The position numbers and the translations under genes were made by a program. 64,000 nt of DNA, from positions 928,001 through 992,000 of the forward strand of contig OY970166.1 in assembly GCA_963706595.1 (NCBI GenBank). Reading direction: 5' to 3'. Under the pieces are notes generated by a model. That model ran no database searches and was not told where the DNA came from. It was given only the letters and a program-made list of their open reading frames with translations. The stretch is from an uncultured cyanobacterium (GTDB lineage Bacteria > Cyanobacteriota > Cyanobacteriia > Cyanobacteriales > Nostocaceae). Below, one piece after another: positions 29,441 to 40,042 of the stretch (positions are counted from its first letter, which is position 1; each line of letters begins with the position of its first letter).

Positions 29441-30829
29441 ATGGCAAAAAGTGACAAAATCAACTTTTCAACACCCAGTGGATTTCCCGAATTTCTCCCC
29501 AGTGAAAAACGCTTAGAAGTATACTTATTAGATAATATTCGCAGAGTATTTGAAAGCTACGGATTTACACCCATAGAAACCCCGGCAGTCGAACGCTTAG
29601 AAGTTCTCCAAGCCAAGGGAAATCAAGGCGATAATATCATTTATGGTATTGAACCAATATTACCACCAAATCGGCTAGCAGAAAAAGAAAAAGCAGGCGA
29701 AACAGGTTCAGAAGCGAGAGCATTAAAATTTGATCAAACTGTGCCTTTAGCAGCTTATATTGCGCGTCATTTAAATGAATTAACTTTTCCTTTTGCGCGT
29801 TACCAAACCGATGTAGTTTTTCGGGGAGAACGGGCAAAAGATGGGCGTTTTCGTCAGTTCCGTCAGTGCGACATTGATGTAGTGGCTCGTCGTGAACTCA
29901 GTTTACTCTATGATGCTCAAATGCCAGCAATCATCACCGAAATCTTTGAAGCTGTAAATATTGGGGATTTTCTGATTCGGATAAATAATCGTAAGATTCT
30001 CACAGGGTTTTTCCAATCTGTGGGAATTGCAGAAACTAAAATTAAAGCTTGTATTGGTATTATTGATAATTTGGAAAAAATTGGGGAAGCTAAAGTTAAG
30101 CAAGCGTTAGAATTAGAAGGTATTATCGCTGAACAAACTCAAAAAATTATTGATTTTATTAGCATAAATGGTACAGTTGATCATGTCTTAGATAAACTCA
30201 AACATTTGGCTGAAAACCTCCCAGAGGCGGAACAATTCAATCTGGGAGTAACTGAGTTAGCAACTGTGATTACAGGTGTTCGTGATTTGGGAGTATCTGA
30301 AAATCGGTTTTGTATTGATTTATCTATTGCTCGTGGTTTGGATTATTATACGGGTACAGTTTACGAAACAACTTTATTAGGACATGAAGCTTTAGGAAGC
30401 ATTTGTTCTGGGGGCAGATATGAAGAATTGGTTGGGACTTTTTTAGGCGAGAAAATGCCAGGTGTGGGTATTTCTATTGGCTTAACTCGGTTAATTAGCC
30501 GCTTGCTAAAAGCTGGTATTCTTAATACTTTGTCTGCGACACCAGCGCAGGTGATGGTGGTGAATATGCAAGCAGATTTGATGCCTATTTATTTAAATGT
30601 ATCTCAAAATTTGCGTCGGGCTGGACTTAATGTTGTGACTAATTTTGATAAACGCCCTTTGGGTAAGCAATTCCAACTGGCTGATAAACAAGGAATTCAA
30701 TTCTGCGTAATTATTGGTTCTGATGAAGCAGCAGCACAAAAGTCATCTCTTAAAGATTTAAAGTCAGGTGAGCAAATTGAAGTTACATTGGAAGACTTGG
30801 CTGGGGAAATTAAAAATAGGCTTGGGTAA
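29441..30829 (+). CDS. hisS: histidine--tRNA ligase
   Basis: FDQTVPLA, RGERAKDGRFRQFRQCDID, ARGLDYYTG, GGRYEEL. Confidence 0.96.
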   Translation: MAKSDKINFSTPSGFPEFLPSEKRLEVYLLDNIRRVFESYGFTPIETPAVERLEVLQAKGNQGDNIIYGIEPILPPNRLAEKEKAGETGSEARALKFDQTVPLAAYIARHLNELTFPFARYQTDVVFRGERAKDGRFRQFRQCDIDVVARRELSLLYDAQMPAIITEIFEAVNIGDFLIRINNRKILTGFFQSVGIAETKIKACIGIIDNLEKIGEAKVKQALELEGIIAEQTQKIIDFISINGTVDHVLDKLKHLAENLPEAEQFNLGVTELATVITGVRDLGVSENRFCIDLSIARGLDYYTGTVYETTLLGHEALGSICSGGRYEELVGTFLGEKMPGVGISIGLTRLISRLLKAGILNTLSATPAQVMVVNMQADLMPIYLNVSQNLRRAGLNVVTNFDKRPLGKQFQLADKQGIQFCVIIGSDEAAAQKSSLKDLKSGEQIEVTLEDLAGEIKNRLG

Positions 30830-31001
30830 ATGAAATCTTTTTTGTTTCACGCAAAGGCGCAAAGGCGCAAAGGAAGAATAAGGAATGCGGATTTAGTAAA
30901 ATACATAACCTCACCCCCAACCCCTCTCCTTACTAAGGAGAGGGGAGATTTTGACGCAAGTTAAAGGCGTGGTTTTTTACAAGGATATTGTATTAAGTTT
31001 T

Positions 31002-32012
31002 ATGGAAGCCAAAATTTACAAGAAACTAATTGCTAAACGGTTGAGTGCAGATTTTAAATCATCTGTGGAAATTGTGGAGGTTCCTATTCCTGAACCTACA
31101 GCTAACGAAGTTTTAATTCGGAACCAATTTGCGGGTGTTAATGGCGGTTTTGATACTTTGCTTTGTCGTGGTGAAGTTCCTTTTGCTAACTTAACTCCCC
31201 CTTTTGATGTGGGTGTGGAAGCGGTGGGAGAAGTGGTAGCTGTGGGCGAAAATGTCTCAGATTTTACTGTTGGTGATACAGTTCAAACTATTGCTCGTGG
31301 TGGTGGTTATCGTGAATATCAGGCTGTAGATTCTAAATTAGCATTTAAGGTGCGTGAATCCAGACCAGAGGTGTTAACTTTAATGCCTACAGGTGTATCA
31401 GCTTTGGTTGCACTGGAACAAGTCGGTGAGATGAAAAGTAACGAAGTTGTTTTGGTGACGGCTGCGGCTGGTGGTACTGGTCATATTGCTGTACAGTTAG
31501 CGAAGCTAGCCGGTAATCATGTGATTGGTACTTGTGGTTCTGAGACTAAGGCACAGTTACTGAGAAATTTAGGGTGCGATCGCATTATCAACTATCGCCA
31601 AGAAAATCTCAACCAAGTCCTCAAACAAGAATACCCCAATGGCATTAATTTGATTTTTGAGTGTGTGGGGAAAGAGGTTTTTGATACCTGCGTTGATAAC
31701 TTAGCCGTGGGGGGACGTTTAGTTGTGGTGGGTTTTATCTCTGAATATGCGAAGCAGCCAGAACAAGTTACCCAACCCCGCATTTATCAGCAGTTATTTT
31801 GGAAAGGTGCTTCTGTGCGTGGCTTTTTCATGCCTCATTATAGTCAATATTTGGCCGAGGCAAGCGATCGCCTGTCAAATCTCTTCTACACAGATAAATT
31901 AAAAGTTGCTGTTGACCCGACGCAATTCTTAGGTATAGAGTCTATCCCTTCTGCTGTAGAATATTTACTTAGTGGTCAAAACTGTGGCAAAGTAGTTGTG
32001 AGATTTTATTAG
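31002..32012 (+). CDS. MDR-family (quinone/alkenal reductase-like) oxidoreductase
   Basis: VLVTAAAGGTG, FECVG, GKVVV; likely ATG at 31002. Confidence 0.85.
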   Translation: MEAKIYKKLIAKRLSADFKSSVEIVEVPIPEPTANEVLIRNQFAGVNGGFDTLLCRGEVPFANLTPPFDVGVEAVGEVVAVGENVSDFTVGDTVQTIARGGGYREYQAVDSKLAFKVRESRPEVLTLMPTGVSALVALEQVGEMKSNEVVLVTAAAGGTGHIAVQLAKLAGNHVIGTCGSETKAQLLRNLGCDRIINYRQENLNQVLKQEYPNGINLIFECVGKEVFDTCVDNLAVGGRLVVVGFISEYAKQPEQVTQPRIYQQLFWKGASVRGFFMPHYSQYLAEASDRLSNLFYTDKLKVAVDPTQFLGIESIPSAVEYLLSGQNCGKVVVRFY

Positions 32013-32020
32013 ACGTAAAT

Positions 32021-32419
32021 ATGTCAGAAAATTCGGAAAAAACTTTAAAAGTTGCTCAACAAGCATTTGACCATTTTACCCACGGTTTAGCCACTGGGGA
32101 GTGGGAAGTATTTCTAGATATGCTGACAGAAGATTTTACCTTTTGGTTCCCAATGGGCAAATTTCACGGTTTAAATGAGGGTAAAGACCGCGCCAGAGAG
32201 TTTTTTCAATATGTCTCACAATCTTTTAATTCAGGAATTCAGATAACTTCTCTAGACCGCATTACCAGTAATGACACAACGGTTGTTTTTGAGTTTCGTG
32301 ACGAAGGGTTATTATCGCATCAGCCTTACAAAAATCGGGTAGCAGTTTCTTTTGATGTGCGTGGAGAGCAAATTTCTGGCTATCGGGAATATTTTGGTAG
32401 TGATGGTAAATCTTATTAG
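32021..32419 (+). CDS. SnoaL/NTF2-like protein
   Basis: 132 aa, LDMLTEDFTFWFP...VVFEF...YREYF. Confidence 0.78.
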   Translation: MSENSEKTLKVAQQAFDHFTHGLATGEWEVFLDMLTEDFTFWFPMGKFHGLNEGKDRAREFFQYVSQSFNSGIQITSLDRITSNDTTVVFEFRDEGLLSHQPYKNRVAVSFDVRGEQISGYREYFGSDGKSY

Positions 32420-32583
32420 CCGGTTTTGCTGAGTTAAAATCTCAAGAGAAAAGAAAATAGAGCTTTCGCGTAACGCACCTTGAATCGTTGACGGTGCGTT
32501 AGCCTACGGCATAACACACCCTACATTTAAATTTTATTTACATAAATATAAATCTTTTGGCTTACCTACTTATTTATGAATAA

Positions 32584-33438
32584 TTATCCAAATACGACTG
32601 TTCTATTAGTATATACCAAGACGCGATTTTGTAAATGTAACCTCACGGCTCTTGCTAATACAACGCGTTCTAAATCTTTCCCTTTTCTAATTAAATCATC
32701 AATTTCATCGCGGTGACTGACTCGCACTACATCTTGTTCTATAATTGGACCAGCATCTAAATCAGCAGTGGCATAATGGGCTGTGGCTCCAATAATTTTC
32801 ACACCACGTTCAAATGCTCGATGATAGGGATTTGCGCCTACAAAAGCTGGTAAAAATGAATGATGAATATTAATTATTTGGGGAAATTTGGCAATGAAAT
32901 CTGCACTGACAATTTGCATATATTTGGCTAAAACTACTAAATCAATTTGATATTTTTGCAGTAATTCTAGTTGTTGAGCTTCTTGTTCGGCTTTGTGATC
33001 TTTGGTGATAGGAATATGGTGAAAATCAATGCCAAATTGCTCTGCTACTTCCTTTAAGTTAGCATGATTACTCATGATGAGGGGAATCTCTGCTGCAAAT
33101 TCTTTGGCGCGTTGTCGCCAAATTAAATCAAATAAACAATGGTCTTGCCGACTCACCCAAATGGCAATCCGTGGTATACTATCAGAAAAATGTAGTTGCC
33201 ATGTCGCATCTAAAGGTTGCGCGATCGCACTAAATGCTGGAGCAATAAATTCTCGTGGCAAATTAAATCCATCTAACTGCCATTCAATCCGCGTCAGAAA
33301 TAATCCAGCCGCAAAATCTGTATGCTGGTCTGCATGAATAATATTTCCCCCATTAGCATAGATAAAATTGGCAAATTTGGCAACTAATCCTCTGCGGTCA
33401 GGACAGGAAATCAGCAAGGTGGCGGTAGGATTTGTCAT
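32584..33438 (-). CDS. purU: formyltetrahydrofolate deformylase
   Basis: ACT domain CPDRRGLVA; INIHHSFLPAFVGANPY; GVKIIGATAH. Confidence 0.96.
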   Translation of the reverse strand: MTNPTATLLISCPDRRGLVAKFANFIYANGGNIIHADQHTDFAAGLFLTRIEWQLDGFNLPREFIAPAFSAIAQPLDATWQLHFSDSIPRIAIWVSRQDHCLFDLIWRQRAKEFAAEIPLIMSNHANLKEVAEQFGIDFHHIPITKDHKAEQEAQQLELLQKYQIDLVVLAKYMQIVSADFIAKFPQIINIHHSFLPAFVGANPYHRAFERGVKIIGATAHYATADLDAGPIIEQDVVRVSHRDEIDDLIRKGKDLERVVLARAVRLHLQNRVLVYTNRTVVFG

Positions 33439-33455
33439 TTAACCTGAATTAATTG

Positions 33456-34067
33456 TTAATTGTTAGTTGTTTCATTTTCTGGAGTTGTTCGATCCTCACT
33501 TGTGTCTTCAGGTTTTTTCCATTCTGAAAGTTCCCGATTTACGGCATTTTCAAAATCTGTAGAGACTAGGAGAATATTTACATTACCATTTCCTGGGGTC
33601 GGAGAATCAGTTTTGGCATACAAGAAACTATCGTTAAAGTTAGGTTTACCCAAAATTAGTTGATGATTTGTCTGATTTTTCAGGTTAATATTAATAGTGG
33701 CTAGTGGTTGATCTAAACCAAATTCACCTAATTGATTAGCTGGAGTTGATAACGTGCGATCGCTTTGACCTTGAACTAACAAATTCGTTAAATAAGCAAC
33801 AATAGCATCATTTGCTGGTTCTGTGATTGGAGATATTAGTAACCATCGAGAATTTCCCGCTTCAGGGTTACGTTTAAAATTCAGAGTAATATCTTTGGTT
33901 TTGACTGCTAAAGATTGGATATCATCTTCTGTAAAAGAGAAAATTTGCTGCTTTTGTGTCTTGATTTCTTCTCGCTGCGGTTCACCTCTAATTTCATAGA
34001 AATAAACAAAACCACCCAAACCCAGCGCTAGAAATACTAAAATTAATGTTGTTTTCGGTAATTTCAT
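33456..34067 (-). CDS. DUF4340-type protein of the Gld-like ABC operon
   Basis: N-terminal TM segment, FGLDQP motif, operon position. Confidence 0.7.
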   Translation of the reverse strand: MKLPKTTLILVFLALGLGGFVYFYEIRGEPQREEIKTQKQQIFSFTEDDIQSLAVKTKDITLNFKRNPEAGNSRWLLISPITEPANDAIVAYLTNLLVQGQSDRTLSTPANQLGEFGLDQPLATININLKNQTNHQLILGKPNFNDSFLYAKTDSPTPGNGNVNILLVSTDFENAVNRELSEWKKPEDTSEDRTTPENETTNN

Positions 34068-34136
34068 GTTTAATGAATCCTAAATTAAATGAAAGTAAAA
34101 AGTAGAAACTTTTACTTTTTACTTTTCACTTTTTAA

Positions 34137-36011
34137 TTATCTCCGTTTCCACCAAATAATAGCCGCAGCTATTAACCCCATTCCAGGTAATAATAACAGA
34201 GACGACAAGGTTAAAAGATTAGCTTGTCGGATGTTCAAATTAATTCGCCGGTTTCTTTGTTCTTTGGGGCGAATTGAAAGGGGTTGCTGATCCTGTTGAC
34301 TCAACCAAGCAACTGAGTTAAGAAACACATCGCCATTAAGTTGCTGTTCAAATAAGCCATCGGTGGCGAAATCTGAATCACCTATTACTACTAAGCGTGA
34401 CTCAATCGCAGCTTCTGCGGGCTTTTCTGCGGTTGGTGAAGCTTCCGGTGTTGGCGAAGCTTCCGGTGTTGGTGTAGGAGTTGGTGAAGCTTCCGGTGTT
34501 GGCGAAGTTTCCGGTGATGGTGTGGGAGTTGGTGAAGCTTCCGGTGTTGGCGAAGCTTCCGGTGATGGTGTAGGAGTTGGTGAAGCTTCCGGTGTTGGCG
34601 AAGCTTCCGGTGATGGTGTGGGAGTTGGTGAAGCTTCCGGTGATGGTGTGGGAGTTGGCGAAGCTTCTGGAGTCGGCTGAGTTTCCGGTGACGGTGATGG
34701 TGTTGGTGTGGGCGAAGCTTCGGGAGTCGGCTGATTTTCGGCTGCGATTGTTTTCGTTAAAGCCACACCCAAAGTTAGAGGACCTGGAATGTCTGTTTCT
34801 GGGTTAAATACTAACTTTTCGCTTTGCTGGTCGCTTTCACCCCAACTGTCGGGATAAGATTTGGTTTGCAGTAAGGGAGTCGCCTCAATACCAGCTACGG
34901 GGGTAATTTCTAAAGGTCTTGCTAATCGATAAAAGGAAATGCTATTACCAAACTCTTTTGTAATCGGATGTTGTCCGTAATCTGTGACAATTGGAACAGC
35001 CGGTCCAAGTCCCACACCTGTCCCAGAAACATCCACGGTTAAACGATTATCTAAAATAACGCCCCATTCTTGTAGCAAGCTATTAAGATTGGTTTCAGTA
35101 TTCGGGTCAATCATTAATAGTGCATTACCACCGCGATTGAGATAATTTTGTAAGGCTTTCACCTCATTATCAAATAATTCTCGTTTCGGTCCTGCAACTA
35201 CAACAACATCTGCATCTTCTGGAACTTGGGATTTTTCTACTAAATTCAGTGGAGATGCAGTGTAATTTCTATCACCTAATCCCTGAATGGCTTGTGAAAT
35301 TCCCCCCTGACCAGATGTTATCGCTTGTTCGCCATGACCTTGAAGAAAGTAAACAGAAGTTGTGGTTGCACTGCTAATTTGTTGTAGTCGATTTGTGAGT
35401 CTAATTTCCGACAAGCGTTCATTGACATTTACCGTTTGCACTAATTGGCGGTTATCTCCAGATTCTAGGTAAACTTCCCCATAATCTTTAACACCAAATT
35501 TGTTTGCTAAGGTCGGTCTCGCTTGGGGGTCAATATACTCAAACTGAAAATTTTTACTTTGTCGGCGATAGTTTTCTAGTAATTCCTTGTCTTGGGGATT
35601 CCGATTAACATCAAATATCCACAATTTAACTGATTGCTGTAAACCCCGGACTAAATTTTGCGATTGAGGGGCTAGGGTAAATAACTGGGCTTCAGTTAAG
35701 TCTTGACGCAGGTTGTAGCGAGTACCCAAAAAGTTAACTAACCCTAAAATCACGAATACAGCCACAATGGAAACTAAAGCATTAGTACTAACTTGAGTAG
35801 AACGACGATTCCACCATTTAGTTTGATAGCTTTGTAATCCTATCCACAAACCAATAATCACAGTTCCCGTAATCAGAAATACTAAGGGAATAATTCCCCA
35901 GTTTCCCGAAACTAATCCAGATGTTAAGCCCACAGCTATTGAAAATGGACCTAGCCAAAATAAATATTTTCCCAATTTGTTTTTTTTGATCATCTTCATG
36001 TTATTTGTCAT
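34137..36011 (-). CDS. GldG-family ABC transporter auxiliary protein with a Pro/Thr-rich repeat insert
   Basis: DLT...FTL, YFLQGHGE, VVIGDSDF, NSVAWL, C-terminal TM ending WWKRR. Confidence 0.85.
   Translation of the reverse strand: MTNNMKMIKKNKLGKYLFWLGPFSIAVGLTSGLVSGNWGIIPLVFLITGTVIIGLWIGLQSYQTKWWNRRSTQVSTNALVSIVAVFVILGLVNFLGTRYNLRQDLTEAQLFTLAPQSQNLVRGLQQSVKLWIFDVNRNPQDKELLENYRRQSKNFQFEYIDPQARPTLANKFGVKDYGEVYLESGDNRQLVQTVNVNERLSEIRLTNRLQQISSATTTSVYFLQGHGEQAITSGQGGISQAIQGLGDRNYTASPLNLVEKSQVPEDADVVVVAGPKRELFDNEVKALQNYLNRGGNALLMIDPNTETNLNSLLQEWGVILDNRLTVDVSGTGVGLGPAVPIVTDYGQHPITKEFGNSISFYRLARPLEITPVAGIEATPLLQTKSYPDSWGESDQQSEKLVFNPETDIPGPLTLGVALTKTIAAENQPTPEASPTPTPSPSPETQPTPEASPTPTPSPEASPTPTPSPEASPTPEASPTPTPSPEASPTPEASPTPTPSPETSPTPEASPTPTPTPEASPTPEASPTAEKPAEAAIESRLVVIGDSDFATDGLFEQQLNGDVFLNSVAWLSQQDQQPLSIRPKEQRNRRINLNIRQANLLTLSSLLLLPGMGLIAAAIIWWKRR
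34430..34735 (-). repeat. coding PEASPT/PTPS repeats
   Basis: about 12 copies of PE(A/T)SPT in the GldG-family protein. Confidence 0.9.
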
Positions 36012-36050
36012 TAGTCATTTGTCATTAGTTATTAGTCGATTAACTATTAA

Positions 36051-36863
36051 CTACCGACGTTGAAAGCGCAGCGCATCAATTGACTGGGCTGTGAGAAAGA
36101 TGCCTAAAAAAATGTAACTGGTAAATAATATCAAGGCGCTGGTGTCAAAAATACCTTGGATCAGGGTATTGTAATGTTTTAATAATGAGAAATGACCTAA
36201 GATTTCTCCTACTGGTCCGCCGATACTTTTGGCAATCACATCCACAAATAATAACAATAAAACGAGGGCGAAGGTGAGGACAGCAGACAGAATTGTGCTG
36301 TCGGTGAGGGAGGAAATAAACATTCCTAATGATAAGATTGCGGCTGCTAGCAAGATTAAGCCCAAATGCCCCAGTAAGGGAATTGTCGGCGACATGGGAG
36401 GATTTGAGGCACTAATGGCGATCGCCTGAAATCCAAACAAGGGTACAATCAGCGTGGTAAAAAATGTCAGCACCCCTAATAATTTACCTACAGCTACCGC
36501 CCAGTTAGTGACTGGTGACGTGGCTAAAAGTTCCAAAGTGCCGCGCTTGCGTTCTTCGGCATAAAGTCCCATTGAGAGAATTGGTAAAATAAATAACAAT
36601 AGCCAACCCAATCTATCCAAAAATGCCCGGACAAATTCATAAGGAACATCGATGGGCGGAACTGGTACGCCTAATTGTTGTCCTTGTGAATCGAATTGTG
36701 CCACTGCTGACAAAATCCCATCTGGCCCTAGTAAAATTGTCACAAAGAATAAGCCGCCGATGAACCAAAATATGCTGGCGATCGCATAAGCTAAGGGCGA
36801 GATAAAATAACTCTGTAACTCTCGGCGATAAATGGCAATAATATTACTCAGTACTATACCCAT
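36051..36863 (-). CDS. GldF-like ABC-2 permease
   Basis: RRELQSYF.SPLAY, EERKRGTLELLATSP. Confidence 0.88.
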   Translation of the reverse strand: MGIVLSNIIAIYRRELQSYFISPLAYAIASIFWFIGGLFFVTILLGPDGILSAVAQFDSQGQQLGVPVPPIDVPYEFVRAFLDRLGWLLLFILPILSMGLYAEERKRGTLELLATSPVTNWAVAVGKLLGVLTFFTTLIVPLFGFQAIAISASNPPMSPTIPLLGHLGLILLAAAILSLGMFISSLTDSTILSAVLTFALVLLLLFVDVIAKSIGGPVGEILGHFSLLKHYNTLIQGIFDTSALILFTSYIFLGIFLTAQSIDALRFQRR

Positions 36864-37859
36864 TTATGCTGCTTCTCCTTCGGTGGTTTCTGAGTCTGCA
36901 AAACATGCTACATTTTTTTCTTCTGTAGTCAATTGCAAAAAGACATCTTCTAGGGTAGCGCTGACACGGCGCATTTCACATAATCCAAATCCGGCATTTA
37001 GCAACGTAGCCGCAATCGCTGTTCCCGGTTCAATTCCTAGTTGTGATATTACCCGCAGGTGGGCGCGGTTGTCAGTAGCTGGGTGATGACTAGACACAGA
37101 TTCTACCAGACTTACACCTGGAACATTTTGCAAAACTTGTTTGGCTAAACCACTATCTCCCTCAATTTCTAATTCATATCCTGAGCCACCTGCCAACTGT
37201 GTCATCAGGTTTTCTGGTGTATTAGTTGCTACTAATTTTCCCTTGTTGATAATGGCGACCCGGCTACAAGTCATACTCACCTCCGGCAAAATGTGAGTAG
37301 ACAGAATAATTGTGTGCGTCCCAGCCAAGCTTTTAATTAAATTGCGGACTTCAATAATTTGCCTGGGGTCGAGTCCAACTGTGGGTTCATCTAAAATAAT
37401 CGCTGGGGGATCATGAACAATTGCTTGAGCAATGCCGACTCTTTGGCGATATCCTTTGGATAGTTTGCGGATAATGACTTGGCGCTTCTCTTCCAAGTTG
37501 CAGCGTGTGATGGCGGCTGTTACCTTGTTGGCGCGATCGCCTGCTGATATACCTTTAATTCGGGCTACAAAATGTAAAAACCCTTCCACCGTCATTTCTG
37601 GATATAACGGCGGTGTTTCCGGTAAATAGCCAATGCGTTGGCGGACTGCGAGAGAATCATCATTGACATCAAACCCAGCAATTCTCGCTTTACCCTCCGT
37701 AGCGGGGAGATAACCGGCTAAAATTCGCATGGTTGTAGTTTTACCAGCCCCATTCGGCCCTAAAAACCCTAAAATTTCCCCAGGTTCGACGCTAAAGGTA
37801 ACATCATTAATAGCTGGGGTAGAACCGTAGGTTTTACTGAGATGTTCTACTTCAATCAT
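36864..37859 (-). CDS. GldA-like ABC ATP-binding protein
   Basis: GPNGAGKTT, LSKGYRQRVG, LDEPTVGLDP. Confidence 0.9.
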   Translation of the reverse strand: MIEVEHLSKTYGSTPAINDVTFSVEPGEILGFLGPNGAGKTTTMRILAGYLPATEGKARIAGFDVNDDSLAVRQRIGYLPETPPLYPEMTVEGFLHFVARIKGISAGDRANKVTAAITRCNLEEKRQVIIRKLSKGYRQRVGIAQAIVHDPPAIILDEPTVGLDPRQIIEVRNLIKSLAGTHTIILSTHILPEVSMTCSRVAIINKGKLVATNTPENLMTQLAGGSGYELEIEGDSGLAKQVLQNVPGVSLVESVSSHHPATDNRAHLRVISQLGIEPGTAIAATLLNAGFGLCEMRRVSATLEDVFLQLTTEEKNVACFADSETTEGEAA

Positions 37860-37985
37860 CTTTATCAGGCGATCGTCAGATATAACAATACCCAACAATC
37901 TTAGATCACCTGGGCAATTATCCTCATCTCAAGTGCAGGAACCGGGGACTATTCATTAGGAAAACCTGAACCCCTGTTTCTTCCG

Positions 37986-38981
37986 TCACACTTGCCCTAA
38001 CAAATACTTAAATAAATCATCCAGTATGGCATTAGCTGAGAGAATATTGCCAAAAATCCAGTAACTAGAATCAACACTATAAACACGCTGCTTCTGCACT
38101 ACATTCAGACTTTGCCAAATACGACTATTTTGATATTGCTTAAATACTTCTTTAGCGCCAGGGTCAACCGCTACAAATAAAACATCAGCATCCAGTAAAT
38201 CTATTCGTTCTAAGCTCAGTATTACCAAAGTATCATCAGCAGTCTTAATCAATTCACGTTGATTAACTGGCATATTAATTCCGATATCTGCCAAAATACT
38301 GCCAGGAAAAGAATATTGAGAACGAAACTCAGGAAGTTTAGCCCCACCGTGGAAACGGCTAACGGAAACCTCTAATTCATTGATTTGCTCACCCAATCCA
38401 TTGCGTAATTCTTCTAGGCGTTGTTCATATTCAGTTAATAATGTCTTTGCTTTTGTAGTTTTATTTACGATTTTAGCAATACTGAGCAAATTTTCCTTCC
38501 ATTGATTATGTACATTTTTCAATTTAACTGTAGGCGCTATTTGCGAAAACAAGTTATAATTTTCTGCATCAATACCGTATGTGCTAAGAATTAAATCTGG
38601 ATTTAGTTTCAATATTGTTTCTAAATTAAACTGATTCTCTTTCCCTATAGAAACTATACCTGAAATCTCACTTTTAAGAAAACTACTTTTGCTAGCGACA
38701 AAAGTAGTATCTACTGTCCCTATTGGTTTTAAACCTAATGCAAGCAAAGTTTCTAAAGATACTTGTTCTGTAACAATAATTCGTTGTGGATTAAGAGGAA
38801 CACAAGTTTCACCCAATTCATGCTTAATTAATCGACATTCTGAACTTGATAATTTTGGTTCTGGTAAATCAGGATGTGAATAGTTATGGCAAGCAGTAAA
38901 TATAAATAGCGAAACAGCTATTAATATAGATATCTTCAAATAATTAAATAAACGCTTAGTCATTTTAAGAATATTATTCAT
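37986..38981 (-). CDS. iron-siderophore ABC transporter substrate-binding lipoprotein
   Basis: lipobox FTAC, CVPLNPQRI, NLETILKLNPDLIL, SQIAPT. Confidence 0.88.
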   Translation of the reverse strand: MNNILKMTKRLFNYLKISILIAVSLFIFTACHNYSHPDLPEPKLSSSECRLIKHELGETCVPLNPQRIIVTEQVSLETLLALGLKPIGTVDTTFVASKSSFLKSEISGIVSIGKENQFNLETILKLNPDLILSTYGIDAENYNLFSQIAPTVKLKNVHNQWKENLLSIAKIVNKTTKAKTLLTEYEQRLEELRNGLGEQINELEVSVSRFHGGAKLPEFRSQYSFPGSILADIGINMPVNQRELIKTADDTLVILSLERIDLLDADVLFVAVDPGAKEVFKQYQNSRIWQSLNVVQKQRVYSVDSSYWIFGNILSANAILDDLFKYLLGQV

Positions 38982-39933
38982 TGCTGTACACCAGCATATT
39001 TTTAACGCAGAATTGAGGCACTAATTCTTTTTCTGTACCATCACAATAACCAATCAAATAGCGGGCTTTACTGTTATTAACCACCACATCTGCTAGCACA
39101 CGACCACCACTATCATCTGGGTTCATAAAATTTAGTTCAACGCGATAAAAATCTTCATTATTACTTTGTTCTAATATTTTAGCTGTAACTTTGTAATTAA
39201 ACCATTCCCAGCCATACATGAAAATCATTTCTCTTTCTAAAACTTGTGCTGCTGCTGGAAATATTCCCTAACCACGATATATAGGTTTTATTAATTCAAT
39301 ATTGCCTGTTCTTGTTAAAATTACAGTGAATGAATCTGCATCTAGCCTGGCGTAATATCTTCCATCGGGAAAGTCAATAGCAGTTGGTGCAAAGCGATGA
39401 CCACCAAAATGGCTAACTTGCCAAATACGAACATAATTCAGCGATAAATCATTAACTATACTCTTTGCTTGACGATAGAAAGAATTGCCGTATTTAGCAC
39501 AACATTTATCACGGCTACCGTGAGTACATATAAGAATATCTCTGGTTGGCGATTCTGTATATTCAATATCTAGTTTATCGTGCAGTAAATATTTTTTTAT
39601 AATCAATGCTAAATCATTAATATTGCATATAGTAAACTCGTATTTACGATATCCTGGAGATAAATCAAAGTTTTGACGATAAATTATCACCCTTGTTGTA
39701 TCTGTTTGCTTAATTTGTTCGTTATAAATTAATAAAAAAACAACTGAGTCATCTGTTGATTCAATTTCTTGCTGTAGAACTTGTAATTCTGAAGGTATCA
39801 GTTTAGAATTAAAGGCATTTTTCACCCAAGGTGGAGGACATTCTATCAGGATATAAATTTGGGAATTTTCTGCGTTACCAATTGGATCTTCACCAGCGTC
39901 ACGCGATTCTTCGGCACAAAAAAAAGTTTGCAT
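38974..39933 (-). pseudogene. sucrase/ferredoxin-like protein interrupted by an in-frame TAG
   Basis: CTHGSRDKCCAKYG, SHFGGHRFAPT; YRG*GIFP at 39268-39270 and the downstream ORF is in the same frame. Confidence 0.82.
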
Positions 39934-40042
39934 ACTACATCTAGCCTAAATTGTAATGATTACCCTATTCCTAGAATAGGGTAATTTAAATGTTGGCTAT
40001 CTTCTCTGAACAAAATTTCGATAGTATTGTACATTGCCAACA

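Noticed and set aside
34363..34807. Gly/Val-rich ORFs on the plus strand
   Set aside because: They are antisense shadows of the PEASPT repeat in the GldG-family gene.
39268..39270. Programmed amber readthrough (e.g. pyrrolysine) in the ferredoxin-like gene
   Set aside because: No supporting machinery is visible, a TGG-to-TAG change is simpler, and the neighbouring araC is also damaged.
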